A stretch of 28,543 nt of DNA, taken from Candidatus Gastranaerophilaceae bacterium (lineage in GTDB: Bacteria > Cyanobacteriota > Vampirovibrionia > Gastranaerophilales > Gastranaerophilaceae). Below the pieces are notes generated by a model that worked only from the letters and a program-made list of their open reading frames with translations, did no database searches and was not told where the DNA came from. The stretch is from positions 1-28,543 of the forward strand of contig JBJEGL010000235.1 of the NCBI GenBank assembly GCA_051875035.1, read 5' to 3'. Both the position numbers and the translations under genes were made by a program. Shown here piece after piece: positions 17,016-25,694 of this stretch (position 1 is the first letter of the stretch; every line of letters starts with the position of its first letter).

Positions 17016-18053
17016 ATGTCTAATAATACTATTAATGAGTTTATAACGTATATAACTTTCAGATGCAATTACAGATGCAAAATGTGTACTCAGGAAGGAA
17101 TTTCAAAAACTAAAGAGTTAAGTGCGAAAGAATGGGAGAAAATTTTTAAAGATATAGAAAAAAATTACCCTGGTTCAACACTTATTATACTTGGTGGAGA
17201 ACCGACACTTCATAAAGATTTTGCAGAAATTCTCGAGCGTGCATCAAGACAAAATATTCACAAACATATCGTCTCAAACGGATATTTTCTTGAACAGTAT
17301 TTACCTGTCATAAAGAAAAATTATTGCGGTGTAACAATTTCTATTGACGGTATCGGAGATACTCACGATAAAATCAGAAACCACGAAGGTGCTTTTGAAA
17401 AAGCCGAAGGCGTTATAAAAAAGATGTATGAGATGAATCAAAATCTTTTGGAAGGCGAAATACCTCTTTATTACAATATAAACTTTGTCATGTTGCCTGA
17501 TAATATTAATGAAATCTATGATTTTATTGACAGAATGCTGCAATACGACCCGAGAGAAATTGTTTTAAACCATCCGAGATATGTTTCTACGGAAAAAGAT
17601 AATACAATGCAATCTATTATGTCATCTTTATACACAGGACCTTATACAAGCAGATTAATGATGAGGCAAGATACGTCTTTTGACAAGGATTATGTTCAAA
17701 AACTCAATGAAATTGTAAAAGACGTAAAATCGAAATATAATCCGAAAATTATAAAAGAACTTCCTGATTTTTATGACGAGCAGGAACGCTTAGACTATTA
17801 TAACGATGAAAAAGCATATAAATTAAGAAAAAGCAGAAGATGTCTTTCTCCATACAAAATTCCGTTCTTTTTCCCTGACGGAAGTATAGCAAGCTGTCTG
17901 TACAATGTTTGCGGTAATGCTTTAAAAACACCCATTTCAAAGATATGGAACGGGGACGTTGCAAATAAAACCAGATTTTATTTGGATACAAACGGTAATT
18001 TCCCAACCTGTGCAAGATGCACTTGTTTTTATAAGGAAGAATGTGAAGAATAG
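17016..18053 (+). CDS. Radical SAM protein with twitch/SPASM-type C-terminal motif (rSAM-D), paralog of rSAM-C
   Basis: CNYRCKMC, GGEP, SNGY, ISIDG, CLSPY...SCLYNVCGN...CARCTC; RBS AGGAG. Confidence 0.9.
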   Translation: MSNNTINEFITYITFRCNYRCKMCTQEGISKTKELSAKEWEKIFKDIEKNYPGSTLIILGGEPTLHKDFAEILERASRQNIHKHIVSNGYFLEQYLPVIKKNYCGVTISIDGIGDTHDKIRNHEGAFEKAEGVIKKMYEMNQNLLEGEIPLYYNINFVMLPDNINEIYDFIDRMLQYDPREIVLNHPRYVSTEKDNTMQSIMSSLYTGPYTSRLMMRQDTSFDKDYVQKLNEIVKDVKSKYNPKIIKELPDFYDEQERLDYYNDEKAYKLRKSRRCLSPYKIPFFFPDGSIASCLYNVCGNALKTPISKIWNGDVANKTRFYLDTNGNFPTCARCTCFYKEECEE

Positions 18054-18059
18054 GGTTTT

Positions 18060-18500
18060 ATGGAACAACTTTCAAAAGAACAAAAAGCAAGAGATTTATT
18101 TCGACAAGGTTATAATTGTGCACAATCGGTTTTTTGTGCTTTTTGTGAAGATGTTGGCATTGATTTTAAAACAGGATTGAAATTATCTTCTTCTTTCGGC
18201 GGAGGTATGGGCAGATTAAGGGAAGTTTGCGGAGCTGTCAGTGCTATGTTTATGATAGCGGGTTTAAAATACGGATATACTTCACCCTGTGATGACGATA
18301 AAAAAGCCGCTCATTATAAGCTGATACAAGATTTGGCAGAAAAATTCAAACAGGAAAATCATTCTATTATATGCAGAGAACTTCTCGGATTAGATTCTGA
18401 CGGGTATTTTCCTTCAAAAAGGACCGAAGAATATTATAAAACAAGACCTTGTGAAGAATTAGTTGCTTCTGCCGCTTTAATTATTGAAAAAAATTTGTAA
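18060..18500 (+). CDS. C_GCAxxG_C_C family putative redox-active protein
   Basis: GYNCAQSV, SSFGGGMGRLREVCGAV, ICRELLG, PCEELV; 6 nt downstream of rSAM-D. Confidence 0.9.
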   Translation: MEQLSKEQKARDLFRQGYNCAQSVFCAFCEDVGIDFKTGLKLSSSFGGGMGRLREVCGAVSAMFMIAGLKYGYTSPCDDDKKAAHYKLIQDLAEKFKQENHSIICRELLGLDSDGYFPSKRTEEYYKTRPCEELVASAALIIEKNL

Positions 18501-18572
18501 GTGTAATTCTTACAAACCGGTTGTTTCAGTACTTGAATTAAGCTTTGAGAGTTTTATGTAATAGAAAATAAT

Positions 18573-18610
18573 GGATTTATATAACTGTTTATAACAAAGT
18601 ATATAAATCC
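18573..18610. other. AT-rich imperfect inverted repeat (possible terminator or protein-binding site)
   Basis: GGATTTATAT (18573-18582) and ATATAAATCC (18601-18610), with partial inner pairing. Confidence 0.35.
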
Positions 18611-18641
18611 GGCATCATATCCGAATAATAGCAAAGTAGAC

Positions 18642-18792
18642 TGTTATTCCGAGGGAACGAAGTGCCCGAGAATCTATGCCATACTCTAAGTGACAACACA
18701 AAAAGAACTGTCATACTGAGCGGTAGCGAAGTATCTCTTAATTTTTTAAGTTCATGTAAAAAGATTCTTTGTGCTATGCACTCTGAATGACA
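18642..18792. repeat. Cluster of three REP-like elements (two forward, one inverted)
   Basis: TGTTATTCCGAG...CGAGAATCT (18642-18675), TGTCATACTGAGCGGTAGCGAAGTATCT (18709-18736), AGATTCTTTG...CTCTGAATGACA (18762-18792). Confidence 0.8.
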
Positions 18793-18891
18793 ACAATTTG
18801 GATGCTTTGGAGTATTGATTTCGTATCTTTTATTTGGACCAAGTTAAATATTAATTATACTTCTTAGAGGTGAATAAGTTTACTATAAGAA

Positions 18892-19047
18892 CTAATTTAT
18901 TTTATTATTTTTAACGTAGTCATTAATTAATTTTGAAGCAAGATTGCTTGCGGAACGATTATCTTTTTTGGCAAGGTTTTTAAATTCCTCAAATATTCCT
19001 TTTTCTATAATAACTACAAACCTATGCATATCTTCTTTTATTGTCAT
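18892..19047 (-). CDS. Ribbon-helix-helix (CopG/Arc-like) DNA-binding protein, 51 aa, below the ORF-track size cutoff
   Basis: Hand translation MTIKEDMHRFVVIIEKGIFEEFKNLAKKDNRSASNLASKLINDYVKNNKIN*; RBS AAGGG; beta strand (RFVVII), helix, NRS turn, second helix. Confidence 0.7.
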   Translation of the reverse strand: MTIKEDMHRFVVIIEKGIFEEFKNLAKKDNRSASNLASKLINDYVKNNKIN

Positions 19048-19097
19048 TATAAACCCTTTTGTATATTTGCATCTTAATCAATTTGAAACAGTTTATA

Positions 19098-19375
19098 ATG
19101 AGTTTGCAAACTAAATATTAAGATAAGAAAGAAAAACATATGATTGAAGACATGATTTGAGAAACAGAGGTTAATCATCGTGCAATAAAATTGATTTCAA
19201 TTTTTTACGAGATTATCTTTTGGACAATATTTGTTCATATATAGAAGAAAAATCTCAAAAAGACAGATTAGAAAATATTTTAGCAATAGTTTATACAATT
19301 TAATTGCTTGCTGATAACTTGAAAAGAATAAACGAAAAATATTATAAACGTATCTGCGAACAAAAATATAACTAA
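19098..19375 (+). pseudogene. Possible decayed ORF divergent from the RHH gene
   Basis: Protein-like reading CNKIDFNFLRDYLLDNICSYIEEKSQKDRLENILAIVYTI*LLADNLKRINEKYYKRICEQKYN* (19181-19375) with an internal stop; upstream part in another frame with stops; no family recognised. Confidence 0.2.
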
Positions 19376-19378
19376 AAA

Positions 19379-19407
19379 TTGCTAAAAAAAATATATTTTA
19401 ATATAAT
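19379..19407 (+). promoter_or_regulatory. Sigma70-type promoter for the arnT-like operon
   Basis: TTGCTA (19379-19384), 17 nt, TATAAT (19402-19407); RBS GAGGTGGAG before ATG 19425. Confidence 0.6.
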
Positions 19408-19424
19408 TGTTTTGAGGTGGAGTT

Positions 19425-21080
19425 ATGAATTTTGACTTTATTAAAAAACATCCCGATTTATTTACTTTTATAGGATTATCCGTTATTTTTTATTTCATAT
19501 TTATTTTTGGAATAGGTTCTTATCCCTTAATGGATATTGATGAAACAAGATACGCTTCAATGGCACATGATATGTTTTGCTCCAAAGATTTTATGACTCT
19601 CTATCTAAACGGAGAATATTTCTTTGAAAAACCACCGTTGTTCTTTTGGTTAGAATGTTTATCGTTCGGACTTTTCGGCAGAATTAACGAATTTACCGTC
19701 AGATTTCCTGTTGCAATGCTTGGTTTGTTATGTTCATTTTTAGTTTATTTTACGGGTAAAAAAATTGTTTCAAGAAAATTTGGAATTATTTCTGCTTTAA
19801 TTCTTGCAACATCAGCAGAATTTTTTATACTATCCAAGTTTTCCATTCTTGATATAGTATTAACTTTTTGTACAACTTTTTCAATTTTCTTCGGATTTAT
19901 GACATTATTTTGCGAAGAAAAAAATAAAAAATGGTTCTGGTGGTTGTTTTACATTTTTTCAGGACTTGCCGTTCTGGCAAAAGGAATTCCTGGGTTTGTT
20001 CTTCCCTTTGGAACAATGTTTTTTGTATACATTACAGCAAAAAAATTCAAAGAGCTTTTTAAACCGATGTTTTTTATTCCGGGATTTATAATATTTTTTG
20101 CAATTGTTTTACCCTGGCATTTATTAATGTTAGACAGGCATGATCCTTTATTTTTCAATGAATATATTATGAAACACCATATTGCAAGATTTACCACTTC
20201 TGCTGATTTGGGAAGAAAACAGCCCGTGTGGTTTTTTGCGGTAACTATACTCTGGGGATTTTTTCCGTGGATTTTACCGTTGATTGCATCTTGTAAAAAT
20301 TGGTTTTTGAAAATTGTGCAAACCTTTAAAAACGGTTTCGATTTTAACAAAATGGATAATTTGCAAAAATTTGTTACTATAAATGCAATAGCTGCAATAT
20401 TTACACTTGCTTTCTTTTCAAGTTCAAGTTCAAAACTGGTGACTTATATTTTACCGATTTATCCGTTTTTAGCTTGCTTAACTGCAAAAATAATTATAGA
20501 TTACAGCCAAAATGAAGAAATTAACAAATTTATAAGTATAATAAATTTTGTTTTTGGTGCAATTTTTATAGCTGCAGGATGTGCAATTCCATATATTATT
20601 AAGCCGTTTTTCCCTTCTGAAATAAGCAGTTTTGCTTTTGAGTTAACTCCGTTTTCACCAATATTAATTATTGGAGGTATTTTATTACTTGTATTTACAA
20701 TTAAAAAATCAAAAAAACAGCTTTTTATCTCTGTTATAGCAATTATGATAATGCTATCGTCAATAGGTATTCCGACCGCATTTAAGTTTGATTATCTCTT
20801 TGGTCAAAATGATTTAATGGAGTTTGCAAAACAAGCAAAGGAAAATAATCAACAACTCGCATCTTTCGGATTTGGAAGAAGATTTTCTTTGAATTATTAC
20901 TATCAAAAACACGTTATTTATGAGCAATTCCCGATTTATGAAAAATTGCAGGAATTATTAAACGATGACAACACTGTCGTCGTTATAAAAAATAAAGATT
21001 TGGAAGAATATAAAAAACACGCAAAATTTGCTGTAACAAAAAACGGATACAAATATTTGCTGATAAAAAAGGATAAGTAA
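19425..21080 (+). CDS. ArnT-like GT-C polyprenyl-phosphate-sugar transferase (GT83/PMT_2 family)
   Basis: Many TM segments, DIDETRYA-MA, LNGEYFFEKPPLFFW, VRFP, LAVLAKG, KLVTYILPIYP. Confidence 0.85.
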   Translation: MNFDFIKKHPDLFTFIGLSVIFYFIFIFGIGSYPLMDIDETRYASMAHDMFCSKDFMTLYLNGEYFFEKPPLFFWLECLSFGLFGRINEFTVRFPVAMLGLLCSFLVYFTGKKIVSRKFGIISALILATSAEFFILSKFSILDIVLTFCTTFSIFFGFMTLFCEEKNKKWFWWLFYIFSGLAVLAKGIPGFVLPFGTMFFVYITAKKFKELFKPMFFIPGFIIFFAIVLPWHLLMLDRHDPLFFNEYIMKHHIARFTTSADLGRKQPVWFFAVTILWGFFPWILPLIASCKNWFLKIVQTFKNGFDFNKMDNLQKFVTINAIAAIFTLAFFSSSSSKLVTYILPIYPFLACLTAKIIIDYSQNEEINKFISIINFVFGAIFIAAGCAIPYIIKPFFPSEISSFAFELTPFSPILIIGGILLLVFTIKKSKKQLFISVIAIMIMLSSIGIPTAFKFDYLFGQNDLMEFAKQAKENNQQLASFGFGRRFSLNYYYQKHVIYEQFPIYEKLQELLNDDNTVVVIKNKDLEEYKKHAKFAVTKNGYKYLLIKKDK

Positions 21081-21919
21081 TGGAAGTTATTGTAAATGCT
21101 GATGATTTTGGAATGAGCAGAAGCGTTAATACGGCTATTGTTGATGGATACAAAAGAGGTATTTTGACGAGTACATGTATTATGGCAAACATGCCATGGT
21201 TTAATGATGCAGTATTGAAACTTTCCGAAATTAAAGATATCGGTTTAGGTGTTCATCTTAACATTATTGAATACAAAACAATTTTAAAAACTCCGATTAA
21301 AAACAGTAAATTGTATAATAAAGAGGGATTTTTTAATAACGGATTCTTACAAATGATTATAAAATCTTTTGATAAAAAATTTATGGAAGAAGTTGAAAAA
21401 GAATTTCGCACTCAAATTGAAACTGTTTTGCAATATGCTCATCCAGACCATCTTGATTCTCATGTTCACACACACGCTATTCCTAATATTTTTAAACTCG
21501 TATGTAAATTGGCAAAAGAATACCATATTCCCTGTGTTAGAACGCAGTTTGAACATCTTTATTTTGATGGAAATAAAAAGAACTTTATTAACCTTAAATA
21601 TTATATAAATCTTATAAAAATTATTATTTTAAACACTTTTACATTTATAAACCGTAAAACGGCAAAAAAATACGGTATAAAGACAAACGACTGCGTAATA
21701 GGTGTTGGCTACACAGCAATGATGAATGAAAATACAATTCAAAAAGGAATAAACAAAGTCAAAAATAAACAAGAAATTCTTGAGGTAATCTGCCATCCCG
21801 ATTTAAATATTGAAAGACAGTCGAATTTAAATGAATACTATGCTGTTGTTAATCCTGAGATGTTAAAGTTCTTAGAAAACTTAAATACAATTTCATATAA
21901 AAATCTTTCGACAAAATAA
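21080..21919 (+). CDS. YdjC/ChbG family carbohydrate deacetylase (NaxD/LgmC/HpnK-like)
   Basis: IVNADDFG, GVHLN, HLDSHVHTH, EVICHP; coupled to the upstream gene by TAATG overlap. Confidence 0.9.
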   Translation: MEVIVNADDFGMSRSVNTAIVDGYKRGILTSTCIMANMPWFNDAVLKLSEIKDIGLGVHLNIIEYKTILKTPIKNSKLYNKEGFFNNGFLQMIIKSFDKKFMEEVEKEFRTQIETVLQYAHPDHLDSHVHTHAIPNIFKLVCKLAKEYHIPCVRTQFEHLYFDGNKKNFINLKYYINLIKIIILNTFTFINRKTAKKYGIKTNDCVIGVGYTAMMNENTIQKGINKVKNKQEILEVICHPDLNIERQSNLNEYYAVVNPEMLKFLENLNTISYKNLSTK

Positions 21920-21920
21920 G

Positions 21921-22610
21921 TTATTTTTGAAAATAAGATTTAAAAATGAATTTAAGAATTTTAAAACCATCACCAAAAATACTAAGTTTACTGTTAGAAT
22001 CTTCGGGTCTCGGGAAATAATCACAACTGTATTCTCTTACTTTTATATGTTTTTTAGATGCCATAATGTGTATTTCCGCTTCAATTTCAAAGCCTTTTGT
22101 TACAAAATTAAAAGACTTTAAAAAATCTTTTTTCAATAATTTATATCCTGATAAAATATCTGTGCAATTGCACTCAAACAAACAAGAAAATAATTTGTTG
22201 AAAAATGAATTACCAAATTTTCTTAAAGATTTAAAAGCACTTTTATCTTTTGCATTTCTCTTTACATTAATCAAATCAATTTGTTCTTTTTCAATTATTT
22301 CGGCAAATTTTTGCAAATCTTTTGTATCATAAGTTAAATCTCCGTCAACAAAGCAATATATTTCTGCATCAATTTCATTGACAGCTTTTTTTAAAGCATT
22401 CGCCTTACCCGCTTTTTCTTCGGATAATAATATCATATTTGAATTTTTTTCAATTACACTTTTTGCTTTTGATGCAGTGTCATCTTCGGAATTATTATCC
22501 ACAACACAAATAACAGCATCCGAAAGATTTTGCTCCGTTAACTTTTCAAGTACGGCAGCAATTGTTGCTCCTTCATTTTTACAAGGTATTATAACAGCAA
22601 GCTTTGTCAT
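21921..22610 (-). CDS. GT2 glycosyltransferase, DPM1/ArnC-like polyprenyl-phosphate sugar synthase
   Basis: VIIPCKNE, VVDNNSEDDT, GKANAL, FVDGDLTYD, DILSGYK, GFEIEAEI, SKLSIFGDG. Confidence 0.88.
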   Translation of the reverse strand: MTKLAVIIPCKNEGATIAAVLEKLTEQNLSDAVICVVDNNSEDDTASKAKSVIEKNSNMILLSEEKAGKANALKKAVNEIDAEIYCFVDGDLTYDTKDLQKFAEIIEKEQIDLINVKRNAKDKSAFKSLRKFGNSFFNKLFSCLFECNCTDILSGYKLLKKDFLKSFNFVTKGFEIEAEIHIMASKKHIKVREYSCDYFPRPEDSNSKLSIFGDGFKILKFIFKSYFQK

Positions 22611-22708
22611 ACTTTTTCCTTTAAAAATTGGTCTGTATCTTGTTTTTTATAAAAATACTCTTAAAATTATACAATACATATTAAAAAAAACCAATAATTT
22701 TGTAATAT

Positions 22709-22735
22709 AAAGAGGCTGCATTTAACAGCCTCTTT
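22709..22735 (-). terminator. Intrinsic terminator after gdhA
   Basis: AAAGAGGCTG-N7-CAGCCTCTTT perfect 10-bp stem, about 25 nt past the gdhA stop. Confidence 0.65.
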
Positions 22736-22758
22736 ATCATTTTAAGATTACAAAATTT

Positions 22759-24144
<1,386 letters not shown>

Positions 24145-24212
24145 TTATACTATTTTTTTTCAAAAAATTCAACAAACAAACTAAAATTTTTACAAAAACA
24201 ATAAAAAAATAT

Positions 24213-24250
24213 AAAAAAGTCCTCGAAAAAATTTTTTCGAGGACTTTTTT
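24213..24250. terminator. Perfect 38-bp palindrome, bidirectional-type terminator after deoC
   Basis: AAAAAAGTCCTCGAAAAAA / TTTTTTCGAGGACTTTTTT. Confidence 0.75.
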
Positions 24251-24270
24251 ATTTTTATGCAAATTAAAAT

Positions 24271-24921
24271 TTAACCTTTAATAATTTTGATTCCGGAAGA
24301 AGTTCCTAAACTCGCAGCACCTGCATTTATCATTGCTTCCGCAGCTGCTTTGTCACGTACTCCGCCTGAAGCTTTAACTCTTAAACCTGCTGCATGGACA
24401 GTATCATACATTAATTTTACATCTTCAGCTTTTGCACCGACTCCGCCGTTTACAAAACCTGTAGATGTCTTTACAAAATCAGCTTTTGCTTCAATTGCAC
24501 ATTTACAAGCTTTTTCAATTTCTTCTTTTGTTAAATAATCTGTTTCCAAAATAACTTTTAAAACAGTTGCTCTGCAAGCAGCTTTTACTGTTTTAATATC
24601 TTCCGTTACAACATCCCATTCGGCATTTTTTGCAGCTTGTATATTTAATACCATATCAACTTCATCTGCACCGTCTTCAATAGCTCTTTTTGCTTCAAAA
24701 GCCTTTGCATCAGAAACCATTGCTCCCAAAGGAAACCCAACAACCGTAACAACTTTTACGCCTGTTCCTTTTAACGTTTCTGCCGCTTTTTTGACATTAA
24801 TCGGATTAACACATACTCCTCTAAATTTATTTTCTTTTGCTTCGGCATATAAATTATTAAGAGCTTCGTTAGTTGCCGTAGGTTTTAAAAGTGTATGTTC
24901 AATAAATTCATTCATGTTCAT
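24271..24921 (-). CDS. deoC: Deoxyribose-phosphate aldolase
   Basis: IEHTLLKP, VVGFPLG, GADEVDMV, KVILET, FVKTSTGF, VKASGGVR, GTSSG. Confidence 0.95.
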   Translation of the reverse strand: MNMNEFIEHTLLKPTATNEALNNLYAEAKENKFRGVCVNPINVKKAAETLKGTGVKVVTVVGFPLGAMVSDAKAFEAKRAIEDGADEVDMVLNIQAAKNAEWDVVTEDIKTVKAACRATVLKVILETDYLTKEEIEKACKCAIEAKADFVKTSTGFVNGGVGAKAEDVKLMYDTVHAAGLRVKASGGVRDKAAAEAMINAGAASLGTSSGIKIIKG

Positions 24922-24930
24922 TTTTGCCTC

Positions 24931-25692
24931 CTAAATTGCCTCTAATACTTTTGTTGATTTGAATTTCTTTGGTGAACAATGTTCAATATACTTTTTTAAA
25001 AGTTCAAAACAGGGTTTTGTAACATTTATATTCGCAAGTTTATCATAATCTGTTTTTATATTGAAGTCAGTATTTTGTAAAGTTTTTAAAAAGTCTTTTA
25101 TTTTAGGATGAATTCTTTCGTTTTTTTCTCCTAAACAAGAATGATTTTCACAAATTAATCCGCCGTTTTCATAAGAAAATTTAGAATAATTCTGCCCGAT
25201 TTCTTTTTGACATAAATTGCATACGTCAAATTCCAAAGCATATCCGAATATACTCATTACTTTTAATTGAAATCTGATAGTTGCAAGCAAAATTTCAACT
25301 TCCGTAGCACTTTCCGATATTTTTGCAAGAACTCCGTACAATAAATTGTAAATTTCTTTACTGTCTTCATCATTCTCTTCACCGAAATTTTTAATTGTTT
25401 CAGCACAGTACATTGAATAAAACATTTTTTCTGCACTCTGCCGAATTCTGAAAAATGAATTTACAATTTCCGCTTGCGAAACAGTATCCATTGACCGCCC
25501 CTTACTCAAAAGAAGATTGTTTGCAACAAACATATCCATCCTTCCGCAAAGTTTACCGTTAGGCTTTTTTGAACCTTTCGCCATGCATTTTATAAGCCCT
25601 TTGTCTTTAGAATACATTAAAACGACTTTGTCAGCTTCACCAAAGTCATAAGATTTTAAATTAATAGCATTTGTTGTATATTTCTGCTTCAT
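24931..25692 (-). CDS. recO: DNA repair protein RecO
   Basis: DFGEADKVVLMYSKDKGLIKCMAKGSKKP N-terminus, zinc motif CNLC...GGLICENH. Confidence 0.9.
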   Translation of the reverse strand: MKQKYTTNAINLKSYDFGEADKVVLMYSKDKGLIKCMAKGSKKPNGKLCGRMDMFVANNLLLSKGRSMDTVSQAEIVNSFFRIRQSAEKMFYSMYCAETIKNFGEENDEDSKEIYNLLYGVLAKISESATEVEILLATIRFQLKVMSIFGYALEFDVCNLCQKEIGQNYSKFSYENGGLICENHSCLGEKNERIHPKIKDFLKTLQNTDFNIKTDYDKLANINVTKPCFELLKKYIEHCSPKKFKSTKVLEAI

Positions 25693-25694
25693 TT

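Noticed and set aside
16835-17023. 62-aa ORF in the DegT/rSAM-D gap
   Set aside because: Spans the divergent promoters, has no RBS and no recognisable features.
19949-20350. 133-aa minus-strand ORF inside the ArnT-like gene
   Set aside because: Antisense shadow with no motif or RBS support.
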